Positions 8,649-17,198 of a stretch of 64,000 bases of DNA are shown piece by piece. The notes beneath the pieces were generated by a model. That model was given only the letters and a program-made list of their open reading frames with translations. It searched no databases and had not been told where the DNA came from. The position numbers and the translations under genes are program-made. Source of the DNA: Prosthecobacter debontii (GTDB lineage Bacteria; Verrucomicrobiota; Verrucomicrobiia; Verrucomicrobiales; Verrucomicrobiaceae). Where the stretch lies: positions 23,576-87,575 of the forward strand of contig CAMBPS010000001.1 in NCBI GenBank assembly GCA_945869675.1, read 5' to 3'. Each line of letters opens with the position of its first letter. Positions within the stretch are counted from its first letter, which is position 1.

Positions 8649-10598
8649 ATGAGCGCTGCTACAATTTCCAACGACCATACCAACGATCACGGCCATGACC
8701 ATCATGAACTGAGTTTCCTCAAAAAGTACATCTGGTCGACCGATCATAAAGTCATCGGCATTCAGTATGCGGTGAGTGGGTTACTCTTCCTGCTGTTTGG
8801 ATTCTTCCTGATGATGATGATGCGTTGGAGCATCGCCTATCCAGGTCAACCTATTCCGGGATTCGGTTTCGTGACTAGCATTCCTGTGATTGGCGATTTG
8901 TTTCAGGAAATGATTGGACGCTGGGCGCCTGGTGGCGTTGTCAATGGTGAGCTATACAATATGCTAGGTGCCATGCACGGAACAATCATGGTCTTTCTCG
9001 GGATTGTGCCTCTCGGTTTTGCTGGATTCGTGAACTTTGTCATGCCTCTCCAAATTGGCACGATTGATATGGCCTTTCCTCGTCTGAACATGTGGAGTTA
9101 TTGGCTCTTCTTCGTTAGTGGTGTCATGATGTTTGCGAGTTTCTTCTTGGGAACGGGGTCAGTGCAGACTGGGTGGACGATGTATTCGCCTTTGGCATCA
9201 ACAACAGGTTTAGCTGTGACCAATGTATGGATGCATGGTCATACTTGGTGGTTGCTTGCCATGGTGTTTAATATTTCCGCATCACTTTTGGGATCAGTGA
9301 ACGTCATCACGACGATTATCAATCTGCGTGCCAAAGGTTTGACTTGGATGCGCATGCCGTTCTTCTGCTGGGCCATGTTTATCGTTTCTTTCCTGCTACT
9401 TTTGGCTTTCCCGCCTCTTGAGGTAGCTGCGCTGCTTCAGCTTATGGACCGTGTGTTTGGCGCTAGCTTCTTCTTGCCGACAGGTCTGATGGAAGGTGGG
9501 CAACATCTGGACATCGCTGGTGGTGGCAGCCCGCTGCTTTATCAGCACTTGTTCTGGTTCTTAGCTCACCCAGAGGTGTACGTCTTGATCCTGCCTGCCT
9601 TCGCGATTCTGACTGAAGTGATCCCTGCTAATACTCGTCGTCCTCTTTGGGGTTACAAAGCCATGGTGTATGCTGCTTTGACCTTGGGTTTCCTCAGTTT
9701 CCTTGTTTGGGCTCATCACATGTATCTGACGGGCATGGGCACCATGATGTCCACCTACTTCCAGATCACCACGGTTCTGATCTCCGTTCCATCCGTCATC
9801 CTACTCACGGGTCTCATGATTTCTCTCTGGGGTGGTTCCATTCGGTTTACGCCTCAGATGCTTTTCGCTTCGGCTTTCTTGCCGATGTTTGGTATCGGTG
9901 GTCTTACGGGCTTGCCTTTGGCTTTTACCTTCATCGACCTTGCTCTACATGACACCTATTACGTCATTGGACACTTCCATTACGTGGTTGCTCCTGGGAC
10001 AATCTTTGGTCTCTTCGCAGGTGTTTACCACTGGTATCCAAAAGCCACAGGGCGAATCATGAATGATTTTCTGGGCAAACTTCACTTCTGGCCATCGCTG
10101 CTGGGAATGAATATGATCTTCGCGCCGATGTTTATTCAAGGTATGGGGGGGTTCCATCGCCGCTGGTATGATGGTGGTAAATACTTCGAGCAGACTTCCA
10201 GTGCTTCCAACTGGTTTACTGAACTTAATTCCGGTTTTTTTAGTCTGTTCGGCATGGACGTGCCAAACAATCTTCTTGGGCTGAATGTCCTGATGTCAGT
10301 TGGTGCCTTCGTTCTCGCTCTGGGGCAGGTTCCTTTCATTCTCAATTTCTTCCTCAGTATTAAAGGTGGCAAAAAAGTCGAGAACGACAATCCATGGGCA
10401 GCAACGACTCTTGAGTGGGCGGCTCCGACACCTCCTCCGCATGGTAACTTTGACTTTGAGCCCATCGTCGTTCGTGGCCCTTATGAATATAGTGTTCCTG
10501 GTATGGATCAGGATTTCTTCCCGCAGTGGGAATCAGAGCCAGGTAAGCGCGCGGAGCCATCGGCTGCCCCAGCACCAGCCATTGTTGCTCATCATTGA
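8649..10598 (+). CDS. ctaD: Cytochrome c oxidase subunit I, A-family (A1-type HPEVY)
   Basis: Heme/Cu ligands all present (GAMHG, LAHPEVY, WAHHM, GHFHY); D-channel D140 (DMAFPRLN); RR pair in GFHRRW. Confidence 0.97.
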   Translation: MSAATISNDHTNDHGHDHHELSFLKKYIWSTDHKVIGIQYAVSGLLFLLFGFFLMMMMRWSIAYPGQPIPGFGFVTSIPVIGDLFQEMIGRWAPGGVVNGELYNMLGAMHGTIMVFLGIVPLGFAGFVNFVMPLQIGTIDMAFPRLNMWSYWLFFVSGVMMFASFFLGTGSVQTGWTMYSPLASTTGLAVTNVWMHGHTWWLLAMVFNISASLLGSVNVITTIINLRAKGLTWMRMPFFCWAMFIVSFLLLLAFPPLEVAALLQLMDRVFGASFFLPTGLMEGGQHLDIAGGGSPLLYQHLFWFLAHPEVYVLILPAFAILTEVIPANTRRPLWGYKAMVYAALTLGFLSFLVWAHHMYLTGMGTMMSTYFQITTVLISVPSVILLTGLMISLWGGSIRFTPQMLFASAFLPMFGIGGLTGLPLAFTFIDLALHDTYYVIGHFHYVVAPGTIFGLFAGVYHWYPKATGRIMNDFLGKLHFWPSLLGMNMIFAPMFIQGMGGFHRRWYDGGKYFEQTSSASNWFTELNSGFFSLFGMDVPNNLLGLNVLMSVGAFVLALGQVPFILNFFLSIKGGKKVENDNPWAATTLEWAAPTPPPHGNFDFEPIVVRGPYEYSVPGMDQDFFPQWESEPGKRAEPSAAPAPAIVAHH

Positions 10599-10639
10599 GA
10601 TTTAAACCCAGAGAACTGAGCTAACCGTCACTTTTCCAC

Positions 10640-12031
10640 ATGGACATTCCTTACACAGTCTCCGCCCGCCCAGATACGGGCTTGTATAACGCCAAAGTCG
10701 GCATCTGGCTTTTCCTCGCTTCTGAGGTCATGCTCTTCGGGGGGCTTTTCTCTTCCTACATCTTCTTGCGTGTTGGTGCGGACTATCCGTGGCCAGTTCA
10801 TGAGTTGAATGTGACCCTTGGTTTTATCAATACATTGGTTCTTATTGGTTCTTCCGTCACTGTGTTGCTTGCATGGGCTTCTATCAAACTCCGTAAATTT
10901 GGAGCCTACAAAGTTTACATGGCCATCACCATCCTTTGTGCCATGACCTTCATGGTCATCAAAAGCTTTGAGTATAAAGCCAAATTTGAGCATTACTCGG
11001 TTACTCTAACGGATGGCACGATCCTAACGGGTCACTTGCCGAATGGTTTTGAGATTGAATTCGGCGATGTTAAGGAGCTCAGCCTGACGATCTCAGGTAA
11101 GACATCTGCTGTCGACGCCGACCCTGTAGGTTACGTGCTCCCCTACCTCAAAGGAACCGCCCCGAAGTTCAAAACACAGGCGGGTGTTGAGATTGACTTG
11201 AACAAAGAAAGCTTCGCAGTCTTGAAAGCCGAAGTGCTTGCAGCTGCCAAAGCTAAAGCCACCAATTCTAAAGAGCTTCCGTCAACCACGATCAAGTTAG
11301 TTGCGGCATCTCCGATGACATTCTCGGTTCCAATGTCCAAGTTCTTAGCCCGCCCAGCGCTAGACGCCAAATCGTTTACCTTTCGTGATGGCACTTCAGT
11401 CGAGGGTAAAATTATCAATGATAAGATGACTCTTGAAGTCGATGGACTGGATGTCCGCGGCACACCTGACAAAGAGAAGTCTTTGGCGTTTAACGAGCAT
11501 TATCTCGGAACTGCCTGGAAGAATGCTTTCATTCATCAGAGAGATGAAGCCATCGCTGTATTCAAAAAGGAATTCGATGACGGTAAAGGCGGCACCTCTC
11601 GTGATCCTAAAAAGAGTGCAACTCAGCAAAAGAAGCTCTTTTACGTTCACATTCACTCAGCCACTCCTGAAGCCCATACCGAAGAAGGAGGCGCGCACAA
11701 AACTGAGGCTCATGCACCAGTTGAAGAGCATGGCTCGGCTCACGCGGGTCATCATCCTGAAGTGAAGCTGGAGCGAAAAGATGTTCAGTTCTTCTCTAAC
11801 TTCACACCAAAGCTGAATAGCTACTACGCCATCTATTTCACTCTCACTGGGCTGCATGGGCTACATGTGATCGCAGGTGCTTTAGTATTGGCTTACTTCT
11901 TGGTTTTTGATGGTCGCCGTCTGCGTGAAGACCCTGAGCACATGGCCAACCGTGTCGAAGTCGGTGGCCTCTTCTGGCACTTTGTAGATTTGGTCTGGAT
12001 CTTCCTGTTCCCACTCTTGTATCTCTTATAA
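10640..12031 (+). CDS. ctaE: Cytochrome c oxidase subunit III with a large soluble insertion
   Basis: [36 protein letters not shown] and [19 protein letters not shown], separated by a ~270-aa hydrophilic insert. Confidence 0.92.
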   Translation: MDIPYTVSARPDTGLYNAKVGIWLFLASEVMLFGGLFSSYIFLRVGADYPWPVHELNVTLGFINTLVLIGSSVTVLLAWASIKLRKFGAYKVYMAITILCAMTFMVIKSFEYKAKFEHYSVTLTDGTILTGHLPNGFEIEFGDVKELSLTISGKTSAVDADPVGYVLPYLKGTAPKFKTQAGVEIDLNKESFAVLKAEVLAAAKAKATNSKELPSTTIKLVAASPMTFSVPMSKFLARPALDAKSFTFRDGTSVEGKIINDKMTLEVDGLDVRGTPDKEKSLAFNEHYLGTAWKNAFIHQRDEAIAVFKKEFDDGKGGTSRDPKKSATQQKKLFYVHIHSATPEAHTEEGGAHKTEAHAPVEEHGSAHAGHHPEVKLERKDVQFFSNFTPKLNSYYAIYFTLTGLHGLHVIAGALVLAYFLVFDGRRLREDPEHMANRVEVGGLFWHFVDLVWIFLFPLLYLL

Positions 12032-12055
12032 CCGCACCCTTTACCGTCCCTTATT

Positions 12056-12400
12056 ATGGCTGATAGCCCTGAAGAAATTTACAAATCCATCCGCAAGATT
12101 AAGCTGATCGGCTTGGTGCTTGCTGTTTTCACCGTGCTCACCGTTGGACTTTCTTATGTAGAGCTACCTACCCATAGCTTGAATATGATGGTCGGCATGC
12201 TCCTAGCAACCATCAAGGCAGCCTTGGTCGCTTTGATTTTCATGCATTTAAATCACGAAAAAGCGTTGGTTTATAAAATCCTCGCTTTCACGGTTGCTTT
12301 CGCTGTCGCTTTATTTGTTCTTTTTTACCTCAGTAACTCTGAAGGCCTGATTGATGAGGGCTTTGAGAATTCTACTGCTATCATCGAGTCTCAGGAGTAG
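12056..12400 (+). CDS. ctaF: Cytochrome c oxidase subunit IV (CtaF-like)
   Basis: Three TM helices with LTVLTV and KAALVALIFMHL motifs; follows subunit III. Confidence 0.85.
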   Translation: MADSPEEIYKSIRKIKLIGLVLAVFTVLTVGLSYVELPTHSLNMMVGMLLATIKAALVALIFMHLNHEKALVYKILAFTVAFAVALFVLFYLSNSEGLIDEGFENSTAIIESQE

Positions 12401-12429
12401 TCATCACTCAGTATCATCATCCATCCACT

Positions 12430-12636
12430 ATGTCACTGAAACACTTCCACTACGTTTTTCTGTTTTTTGCAGTTCTCTGCGATGGCGGTTTCTGGTTGTG
12501 GACGCGTCTTCAGCCAAGTGTCTCTGCTGAACTCGGGATAGGCATTTTGGGCTCGATCGCTGGCTGGACTAGTCTTGTCCTCGTTGCTTACAGCGTTTGG
12601 TATCTTTCGAAAAAATCGAAAACGATCATCGTCTGA
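12430..12636 (+). CDS. Small two-TM membrane protein of unknown function in the oxidase operon
   Basis: 68 aa with two hydrophobic helices, MSLKHFHYVF N-terminus and Lys-rich C-terminus; co-oriented within the operon. Confidence 0.6.
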   Translation: MSLKHFHYVFLFFAVLCDGGFWLWTRLQPSVSAELGIGILGSIAGWTSLVLVAYSVWYLSKKSKTIIV

Positions 12637-12672
12637 GCCATTTCCCATCTTCAATCGTTCTCTCATTAATCT

Positions 12673-12846
12673 ATGCTGACTCTCGCCTGCGCTACTTGCA
12701 AAGCTGATCCAAACAGTGTCATCGCTCAGGCGCAAGACATTGCTGTTTTGGTGATGCTGGCGTTTCTGGTTTTAGGCATGAGTTTTGTGGGATTGATCGT
12801 CTGGAACTTTGTCCGCAAACAGCAGAAGGCTGCCGTAACCTTTTAA
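12673..12846 (+). CDS. 57-aa CxxC plus single-TM protein (absent from the ORF track)
   Basis: Translated by hand: MLTLACATCKADPNSVIAQAQDIAVLVMLAFLVLGMSFVGLIVWNFVRKQQKAAVTF*. It fills the gap before ctaC. Confidence 0.7.
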   Translation: MLTLACATCKADPNSVIAQAQDIAVLVMLAFLVLGMSFVGLIVWNFVRKQQKAAVTF

Positions 12847-12878
12847 CATTTTATCCCCCGCCCCCTCCTTATTTACCT

Positions 12879-13670
12879 ATGAGTATTTCAGACATCAACG
12901 TTTGGCTTGGTATGACGCAGAACGCTTCAGAGCATGGAGGTCTTGTGGACCACATGCTTGGTTTTGTTCACTGGTTCATGTTGGTTCTTTTCATTGGATG
13001 GTCCACCTTCTTAGCAATCGCATTTTATAAGTTTCGGGCCACCAAGAATGCCAAAGCTGATTACCATGGCGTTCGCGGTCATGCGACGACACACATCGAA
13101 ATCGGTGTTTGTATTGTGGAAGCCATTCTGCTTCTCGGTTTCGCATTCCCGCTATGGCACCATCAAGCCGATGAGTTCCCAACTGGCTCAGATACTGTGA
13201 AGATTCGCGCCATGGGGGAGAAGTTTCTCTGGAATTTCCAGTATTCGGGTAACGATAAGATGCTTAGCACCTGGGATCCACGCGCCATTTCTCAATCCAA
13301 TCAAACGGGTCGCGAACTGACTGATCCAAATGGTAAGGATGATTTTGTAAATCCGGGAACCATGAAGCTGCCCTTGGGGCGTCCCGTCATCATTGATGTT
13401 ACCAGTAAAGACGTAATTCACAACTTGGCTCTCGTTCCGATGCGCGCCGCTCAAGATGCCTGCCCTGGCGTGAAAGCGCACATGTGGTTTAAGCCAGTGA
13501 AGACGGGTAGTTGGGACATCATTTGTGGTCAACTTTGTGGCCCTGGTCATGCCCAGATGAAAGCCATGCTTGAAGTGGTTGAAACTGCTGAGTTTGACGA
13601 ATGGTCTAAGGAACAATCTAACAGTGCTGCGGTGAAGAGTGCAGCACCCGCTCCTCTGGCAGTTCGCTAA
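12879..13670 (+). CDS. ctaC: Cytochrome c oxidase subunit II (CuA), without fused cytochrome c
   Basis: Two TM helices; EKFLWNFQY aromatic loop; DVIH and CGQLCGPGHAQM CuA ligands. Confidence 0.95.
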   Translation: MSISDINVWLGMTQNASEHGGLVDHMLGFVHWFMLVLFIGWSTFLAIAFYKFRATKNAKADYHGVRGHATTHIEIGVCIVEAILLLGFAFPLWHHQADEFPTGSDTVKIRAMGEKFLWNFQYSGNDKMLSTWDPRAISQSNQTGRELTDPNGKDDFVNPGTMKLPLGRPVIIDVTSKDVIHNLALVPMRAAQDACPGVKAHMWFKPVKTGSWDIICGQLCGPGHAQMKAMLEVVETAEFDEWSKEQSNSAAVKSAAPAPLAVR

Positions 13671-13706
13671 TGCCATTTGCGGGCGTTTTTGATCCGCTAA
13701 ATTTGA

Positions 13707-13735
13707 CAAAAGTGCGGACTTAGGTCCGCATTTTT
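13707..13735 (+). terminator. Rho-independent terminator-like hairpin after ctaC
   Basis: AAAAG-TGCGGAC-TTAG-GTCCGCA-TTTTT. Confidence 0.65.
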
Positions 13736-13754
13736 CGTTTCCTCATTACCCACC

Positions 13755-14843
13755 ATGCAGATTTTCCATTGGTTTTCTCGTTTTACCCTTCTTGTGGGTC
13801 TTGTGCTCATTTGGTGGGGCGCTGCGGTGACGACCGAAGATGTCGGGTTGGCTGTTCCTGATTGGCCGCTTGCTTTTGGAAAAATCAATCCTGAGGGCTG
13901 GATGAAGGTGCCAGCTTTGTTTCTCGAACATGGTCACCGCTGGATTGCTACGACCATTGGTTTTTTGGTTTTGGGCATGTATTTCTGGCAGTTTTCGCGA
14001 TGCAAACCGAGATTGATCGAAGCTGCTGGTATTATCCTTATTGGGTGCGGCTATTTGGTTTTGATTTTCAAAGGCTTCCTCGGTCTGGCTATGGTCATCG
14101 TCGTGATGAGTTTATTATGGTTGATCATGAATTGGATTGGTCAGCGCTGGAGTCTGCTGCGTGGGCTGACGACCTTGGCTCTTTTTTTGGTGATCATTCA
14201 GGCTTCTCTCGGTGGTCTTCGGGTTTTGAAAATGTCTGATCCGTATGGCATTAGTCACGGCACTCTAGGGCAGCTGTTTTTTTGTTTGCTGGTTTTCATT
14301 TCCTTTGCCTCGTCTAGAACGTGGCATTCAGAATCGTTGGTGATTCAGAAAAATTGCCAGTCTGCGCGAGCTTGGAGTTTGATTCTCTTTTTGGCTGTCT
14401 TCGGTCAACTCATCATTGGGGCGACGTTGAGGCATACGCAGCGCATGCATTTGGCCGCGAACGATATTTTGACCACGAAGGGCCAGCTTTTCCCGCCAAT
14501 GGATCCTGCGGATGTGTTTGTGCTGCACCTGCACAAGTATTGGGGGTTCTCGGTCGCCTTACTTGTTCTCGTAGTGGCTTGGAAATCTCGTTCTTGGCTG
14601 GGCCGGGTGCCGCGTTTGCGGTGGATTTCTCCTGCACTCATGATTATGCCGATTAACCAAGTCGTTTTGGGGATTTATGTGGTTCTGACCGGCAAAAGCT
14701 TCTGGGTCACCAATCTGCATGTATTGAATGGCCTTGGTTTGCTGGTGCTGACTTTTTTACTGGCCGTCAGCGTCTGGGCTTCGACCGCCGGACTTGGATT
14801 GAATGAGCAGACAAAGGCTGACAAACCCCTGTCCCCAACCTAG
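13755..14843 (+). CDS. ctaA: Heme A synthase (COX15/CtaA)
   Basis: VPDWP, EHGHR, SHGTLGQ, HLHK and NLHV conserved His motifs; adjacent to ctaB. Confidence 0.88.
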   Translation: MQIFHWFSRFTLLVGLVLIWWGAAVTTEDVGLAVPDWPLAFGKINPEGWMKVPALFLEHGHRWIATTIGFLVLGMYFWQFSRCKPRLIEAAGIILIGCGYLVLIFKGFLGLAMVIVVMSLLWLIMNWIGQRWSLLRGLTTLALFLVIIQASLGGLRVLKMSDPYGISHGTLGQLFFCLLVFISFASSRTWHSESLVIQKNCQSARAWSLILFLAVFGQLIIGATLRHTQRMHLAANDILTTKGQLFPPMDPADVFVLHLHKYWGFSVALLVLVVAWKSRSWLGRVPRLRWISPALMIMPINQVVLGIYVVLTGKSFWVTNLHVLNGLGLLVLTFLLAVSVWASTAGLGLNEQTKADKPLSPT

Positions 14844-14852
14844 TTTCACCTC

Positions 14853-15821
14853 ATGACCAAAGATGATTCTACTGCGTCGGCTTCCGCTCTACCATTGCCA
14901 CCAGCTGTGAGTGGAGAGCCCGTGGCCTTTACCCTGAATGATTTGCTGACGCTGACGAAGTTCCGGCTCAGCGCTTTGGTAATCGTGACGACTTTTGTGG
15001 CGTTCTGGTTGAGGGCTGGGACACAAATGAATTTCTGGCTGCTCCTGCACACCATCATTGGTAGTACCTTAGCAGCCTTTGGTGCAGCTGTGTTTAATCA
15101 GCTGATGGAGATCGAGCCAGACTCTCGTATGAGCCGAACGGCAGATCGCCCCCTGCCTGCTGGTCGCATCAGTCCTTCGTTGGCTTTTGGGTTGGGATGG
15201 CTGCTTAGCGCCATGGGGTTGATTCATTTGGTGCATCGAGTCAATATGGAGGCTGCTGCTTTGACGGCGCTGACACTAGCGACTTATCTCTTCATCTACA
15301 CGCCTCTGAAAAAGCAGTCCGCTGTGAATACCTTGGTCGGAGCTGTTTCGGGTGCTTTACCGCCATTGATTGGTTGGGCTGGTGCTGCCGGTTTCTCGGA
15401 AAAAACAGAAGCATACTTTCGCTGGAGTCTTCTCTGGGAGCCTGGTGCTATTTATCTATTCATGCTTTTGTTCCTCTGGCAGTTACCGCATTTCCTGGCG
15501 ATCAACTGGATGTATCGAGATGAGTATCGCCGAGGTGGATTTGTCATGCTGGCTAATGATGATGAACTAGGTGCTCGCACTTCACGCCATGCTCTGGCCT
15601 GGGCTGTCGCTATGCTGTTGCTGATGTTTTATCCTGTTGCCTTTGGGCTGGTGAAGCTGTGGCTATTTCTTCCTGTGGCACTGCTTTTAAATGTGTGGCT
15701 TTGTCAGCGGGCCTTAGTGTTTCAAAAGAATCCTGAACGGGCGACTGCGCGTCGGCTCTTTTTTGGAACGCTGATTTATCTTCCAGTTATTTTATTGATC
15801 ACGGCCTTGGCCTGGAAGTGA
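14853..15821 (+). CDS. ctaB: Protoheme IX farnesyltransferase (heme O synthase)
   Basis: NQLMEIEPDSRMSRTADRPLPAGR, YTPLKK, GALPPLIGW, WQLPHF. Confidence 0.96.
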   Translation: MTKDDSTASASALPLPPAVSGEPVAFTLNDLLTLTKFRLSALVIVTTFVAFWLRAGTQMNFWLLLHTIIGSTLAAFGAAVFNQLMEIEPDSRMSRTADRPLPAGRISPSLAFGLGWLLSAMGLIHLVHRVNMEAAALTALTLATYLFIYTPLKKQSAVNTLVGAVSGALPPLIGWAGAAGFSEKTEAYFRWSLLWEPGAIYLFMLLFLWQLPHFLAINWMYRDEYRRGGFVMLANDDELGARTSRHALAWAVAMLLLMFYPVAFGLVKLWLFLPVALLLNVWLCQRALVFQKNPERATARRLFFGTLIYLPVILLITALAWK

Positions 15822-15855
15822 TCGTCGATAGATTGAACCAACTCCTTTTTGACCT

Positions 15856-16608
15856 ATGTCTACAGATCCAATTCCAGAGGCTCCGCGCCGCATCAATCCT
15901 CTGACCTTATGGGTGCCGATTATCTTCATTGTTCTCGGGGTGGTAGTTTTCTACAATTATCTCATCTACACCTCCATGGAGGCTAAGAAGAACAAAGAAA
16001 CCCTGACGGATGGTCAAGGCACCACACGCAGTTCCGAGCGTCCGGCTTACCTGGGGCGATTGGAGAAGGATTTGGAGCTTGTTGAGCGCAGCGGTAAGAC
16101 CGTTCATTTGGCCGATTTGCGCGGAAAGATCATTATTGCTTCCTGGGTCTTTACGCGTTGCCCGCGTGGTTGTGCTGGGGTGATCGCCAAATTAAAAAAG
16201 CTATACGCTGAACTGGGCGACAATCCGAACGTGCAGTTTATCTCCTTTACGCTGGACCCGGACGATACGCCCGAGATGATGAAAGCCTGGGCCAGCGGTG
16301 TGGGTATCAAGGATACTGACAACTGGTGGTTTCTCAATGGTCCGAAGGATGTGGTGCGCAAATACATGACCTTTTCTTTTCAATTTCGTCCGGTGCAGGA
16401 TCTCCCGGAGGCGGACCGCCTGACACCTGATGATAAATACATCCATGATTTACGCGTTGCACTAGTCGATCATGCTGGGCATGTGCGTGGGCTGCATGAC
16501 ATTATGAATGCGGATCCCCAGTTCCAAGAATACTGGGATAAACAAATCCGCACCGATCTGAACTACCTCCTCGAAGAACAAAAAAAAGCCAAAGACAAGA
16601 CACCATGA
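15856..16608 (+). CDS. sco: SCO/SenC family copper chaperone
   Basis: N-terminal TM helix, FTRCPRGC (CxxxC), SFTLDPDDT and conserved His in YIHD. Confidence 0.92.
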   Translation: MSTDPIPEAPRRINPLTLWVPIIFIVLGVVVFYNYLIYTSMEAKKNKETLTDGQGTTRSSERPAYLGRLEKDLELVERSGKTVHLADLRGKIIIASWVFTRCPRGCAGVIAKLKKLYAELGDNPNVQFISFTLDPDDTPEMMKAWASGVGIKDTDNWWFLNGPKDVVRKYMTFSFQFRPVQDLPEADRLTPDDKYIHDLRVALVDHAGHVRGLHDIMNADPQFQEYWDKQIRTDLNYLLEEQKKAKDKTP

Positions 16609-17039
16609 CAGTCACAGAACTTCCCTCTCTCTACACCATCTTTAACGCCTGTGCTCTGCTGCACATCATTCTTGGTCTGACGATGATCAAGATGGGGCAC
16701 AAGAAGGCCCATATTATCAGTATGGTGATCGCTTTGCTTTTTTCGACAGCTTTTCTGGGTTGTTATCTCTATTACCACTATTATGCAGGTCATGTCAGGT
16801 TTGCGGGACAGGGGTGGACGCGTCCGGTTTACTTCACCATTCTCTTTAGCCATATCCCTTTGGCTGTTTTGAGTCTGCCTCTGATCATCATGACTGTGCT
16901 GCCAGCCTTGCGTCAGCGCTTTGACAAACATAAGCATATGGCCAAGTGGACCGTGCCGGTTTGGCTTTACGTCAGTGTCACCGGTATCATCATTTATATG
17001 ATGTGTTACGTCTGGTACGGTCCACCGATTCGGGGTTAA
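16605..17039 (+). CDS. DUF420 family membrane protein (CtaM/YozB-like oxidase assembly factor)
   Basis: Four TM helices; HKKAHIISM, FLGCYLYYH, ILFSHIPLA, HKHMAKWTVPVWLYVSVTG. Confidence 0.9.
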   Translation: MTVTELPSLYTIFNACALLHIILGLTMIKMGHKKAHIISMVIALLFSTAFLGCYLYYHYYAGHVRFAGQGWTRPVYFTILFSHIPLAVLSLPLIIMTVLPALRQRFDKHKHMAKWTVPVWLYVSVTGIIIYMMCYVWYGPPIRG

Positions 17040-17198
17040 AAAGCCTCTTTTCCGACAAAAGATACCGTCAAAGCAAAATGGGTGTAAAAATTTGGTTGCC
17101 GGAGTCCTGAGTTGTGGCACTATCCACACCCCCGCAGATCGGACACATTGCCTTTGGAGGCTTGGCCAATGCGGATTTATCCTTCAGCAGACACAGTT

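Noticed and set aside
17112-17198. N-terminal extension of rplU
   Set aside because: L21 homology begins at MAYAIIK (17199); the upstream part is leader sequence.
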